From positions 38-64,037 of the forward strand of contig CAWFRF010000032.1 of NCBI GenBank assembly GCA_963818135.1: DNA of 64,000 nucleotides. The letters run 5' to 3'. Below are positions 60,501 through 64,000 of this stretch, one piece after another (positions within the stretch are counted from its first letter, which is position 1; the number at the start of each line of letters is the position of its first letter). This DNA is from an uncultured Actinomycetota bacterium. GTDB lineage: Bacteria; Actinomycetota; Thermoleophilia; Solirubrobacterales; Solirubrobacteraceae. The position numbers were made by a program, and so were the translations under genes. Under the pieces are notes generated by a model, which worked only from the letters and a program-made list of their open reading frames with translations, did no database searches and was not told where the DNA came from.

Positions 60501-60946
60501 AGGTCGGGGTTGACGCCTACGTGCCCGCCGACTACATCCCGTACGAGCAGGCGAAGGTCGACGTGCACAGGCGGATCGCCGCCGCGCGTGAGGTCGCCGA
60601 GATCGGGTTGCTGCGTGAGGAGCTCATGGACCGCTTCGGGGAGATCCCCGAGCCGCTCGACAACCTGCTGCTGCTGCAGATCGCGCGGATCAAGCTCGGC
60701 CAGGCCGGTGCAACCACCGTCTCGTTCAAGGGCGGGCGCCTGGCGGTGACCCCGATCGAGCTCGATTCGACACGGGTCAAGGCGCTGCGGGCGGAGATGC
60801 CCGAGGCGCTGTATGAGTCGGGCAAGTCGCAGCTGTCGATGCGCGTCGCGGGCGAGCCGCACGCACAGTTCCAGGCGGTGGTGCGGGCGGCCGACGTGCT
60901 GCTGTCGGTGATGCAGGCAGCTGAGGCGGAGGCCGCCGCGGCCTAG
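57507..60946 (+). CDS. mfd: Transcription-repair coupling factor; two frameshifts
   Basis: GQFAIRGG..DVFP, VVHEDHG, CGDVGYGKTEVA, VDEEQRFGV, QIRGRVGRS, DLEIRGAGNLLG. Confidence 0.96.
57839..57889. repeat. Perfect 23-bp inverted repeat inside mfd
   Basis: CGACGCTGGGAGAGAAAGGTGCC-CCCAC-GGCACCTTTCTCTCCCAGCGTCG. Confidence 0.92.
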
Positions 60947-61110
60947 TGTCGCGAGCTGTGAATTCGCCGGCGGATTCACGACTCACCAGACAGCCTCATT
61001 GAGGCTGTCTAATGGGACCCATTGGCGCAGTGTTGCCGCCGCCCAAGAACTTGATAAGACGCCTGCAACCGCACCGCCAAGTCGCTGCCCGACCGCTACC
61101 ATCGGCCCCG

Positions 61111-62299
61111 ATGCGAATCTCTAGGAAGCTTGCGGCGCTGGCCGCCTTTTTTGTGGTAGGGGCCGCCGTCGCAGGGTGCGGCAGCTCGATCCCCGGAAAC
61201 TCAGTGGCGAATATCGCCGGAAACCCGATCACGCTCCAGGCGTTTAATCACTGGATGTACGTGGCCGCGAAGGATCAGGCCGCGCAGTACGCCGCCCAGG
61301 GCGAGTCCGTCCCCGTGATCGTCTCCAGTAACCCGACGGACTTCACGTCGTGCATCAAGAACGTGCGCGCCGCGTACCCGACTTTGCGCAAGACCCCCGA
61401 GGCGACGCTGAAGAAGGACTGCAAGCAGCTCTTCACGTCGAGCACCGCCCAGGTCATGCAGTTCCTGGTGCAGGGCTACTGGTACCAGGGCCAGGCCCAC
61501 AAGGAAGGTGTCAAGGCACCGAACCTCAACAAGGACTTCGACAAGTACATCAAGAAGCAGTGGCCGACCGATGCGGCTTTCGCGAACTATCTGAAGTCGA
61601 GTGGCCAGACCCGCGAGGACCTGCTCTTCCAGTACCGCGTCGAGACGCTTTACCTGAAGCTGGTCAAGAAGTTCCAGACGCCGATCACCACGAGGTCGAT
61701 CGCCGCCTACTACGCGACGCACAAGTCCTCGTTCGGCACTCCTGAGAGCCGCGACCTGCATCTGATCCGGACCAAGAGTGCTGCGCAGGCTCAGGCCGCG
61801 ATGAACGCGCTGAAGAGCGGTCAGAGCTGGGACGCGGTGGCCAAGACGTACGCGGCTGACGCGACGTCCAAGGCCAACGGAGGCCAGCTCTCTGGCGTCA
61901 CCTCCGGTGAGGAGGAGGCCGCCGTGAACACGGCGATCTTCAGCAACCCGGTCAACAAGGTGGTCGGTCCGGTCAAGGGCGTCTTCGGCTACTACGTGCT
62001 CGAGAACACCAAGATCACTCCGGCGGTGCAGGAGTCGCTGGCCAAGGCCACCACGGCGATCAGGACGAGCCTGACGCAGAGCAACCAGACTGCCGCGGAG
62101 ACCAAGGTCGCCAAGCAGGCCAAGGCGAGCTTCTTCAAGCGGTCGCTCTGCCGCACCGAGTACGCCGTGCAGACCGTCTGCTCGAACTACAAGGCGCCGA
62201 AGACGACGACGACTGCGACGCCTACTCCGACGCACGACCACCAGCTCGACCGGCACGCTGACGGCCACGACGGCCACAAAGACCAGCACGACCAAGTAG
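61111..62299 (+). CDS. PrsA/SurA-like parvulin foldase lipoprotein
   Basis: Lipobox VAGC; PESRDLHLI, SWDAVAK, SKANGG.L, GPVK..FGYY; Thr-rich tail with frameshift. Confidence 0.85.
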
Positions 62300-62333
62300 T
62301 GCTTTCGTCCGCAAGTTCTGCGGAGGTACGGCC

Positions 62334-63110
62334 GTGAGCTCCGGTGATCCGGAGCTCACGGCCGCCCTCAGCCGGCTGGACGAGATCACCCGGCGCCTGC
62401 GGGTCGAGTGCCCATGGGACGCCGAGCAGGACGAGCGCACGATCGTCCCGCACACGGTCGAGGAGGCATACGAGCTGGCCGACGCCGCGCACCGTCGCGA
62501 CGACGCCAAGCTGCTCGACGAACTCGGTGACGTGCTGTTCCAGGTCCACTTCCTGGCGCTGCTCCTGGAGGAGCGTGGGGCGGGGGACCTGGCCGCCGTC
62601 GCGCGCCACGCCACCGAGAAGCTGATCCGCCGCCACCCGCACGTCTTCGGCGAGGTGGAGGTCGAGAATGCCGCCGAGGTGCTGCGCAACTGGGACGCGA
62701 TCAAGTCGACGGAGACCGGGCGCGAGCCTGGTGTCTTTGGCGAGGTGCCCGAGAACCTGCCGAGCCCGCTCTACGCCCGCAAGGTGCAGCGCCGCGCCGC
62801 CTCGAGCGGCTTTGACTTCGAGGGCGTCGACGTGCCGCTGCAGACGGTGCGCGACGAACTCGACGAGCTGATCGCCGCGCAGACCGACGATGAGCGCTTC
62901 CACGAGCTCGGTGACGTGCTGTTTGCGGCGGTCAACGTCGCGCGCAAGTTGAAGATCGACCCCGAGCTCGCCCTGCGGGCGTCAGCCGATCGCTTCCGCG
63001 GTCGCGTGCAGGCCGGAGTCGATCTCGCCGCATCGCACGGGAGAAACTGGAACGATCTCAGCGCTGAAGAGCAGCTTGGCTTCTACGCGCAGGCGCGCCT
63101 CAACGAATAA
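62334..63110 (+). CDS. mazG: Nucleoside triphosphate pyrophosphohydrolase MazG
   Basis: CPWD..Q, EEAYE, ELGDVLF twice, KLIRRHPHVF. Confidence 0.93.
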   Translation: MSSGDPELTAALSRLDEITRRLRVECPWDAEQDERTIVPHTVEEAYELADAAHRRDDAKLLDELGDVLFQVHFLALLLEERGAGDLAAVARHATEKLIRRHPHVFGEVEVENAAEVLRNWDAIKSTETGREPGVFGEVPENLPSPLYARKVQRRAASSGFDFEGVDVPLQTVRDELDELIAAQTDDERFHELGDVLFAAVNVARKLKIDPELALRASADRFRGRVQAGVDLAASHGRNWNDLSAEEQLGFYAQARLNE

Positions 63111-63131
63111 GCTGCCCGCTTCCGCGCATAA

Positions 63132-64000
<869 letters not shown>

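Noticed and set aside
58742-60979. 745-aa antisense ORF, and other long antisense ORFs in the track
   Set aside because: Shadow frames of high-GC coding genes with no recognisable motifs

Overview
High-GC actinobacterial chromosome. Gene content and style suggest Thermoleophilia/Solirubrobacterales (inference). Many genes, including essential ones (metG, glyQS, glmU, asd, dnaX, ispE), are broken by single-base indels. These look like uncorrected long-read or low-coverage errors, so I joined the fragments into genes; ends near frameshifts are approximate. The core backbone is dnaX-ybaB-recR-lysC-asd, mdh, glyQS, rsmI-metG-tatD-rsmA-ispE, tRNA-Gln-glmU-prs and rplY-pth-mfd-prsA-mazG-eno. Accessory blocks are a bxlEFGA-msiK-like xylo-oligosaccharide operon, an ECF sigma/anti-sigma/secreted-protein module, an ApbE flavinylation/ferric-reductase-like operon, a LacI-controlled monosaccharide ABC operon and a TPR-AAA+/TPR pair. 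The best leads are: (1) a membrane-anchored Gly/Ser-tethered protein ending in VSGGS, coupled to apbE and a heme-membrane protein, which may be a minimal non-canonical flavinylation electron-transfer system; (2) a gene missing from the ORF track that encodes a coiled-coil + AT-hook-like + winged-helix protein, a candidate Rok/Lsr2-like nucleoid silencer; (3) a perfect 51-nt palindrome in frame inside mfd, plus many intergenic mini-palindromes; (4) an identical ECF-type promoter in front of both neighbours of the sigma gene. No CRISPR array, rRNA, transposase or integrase was seen.
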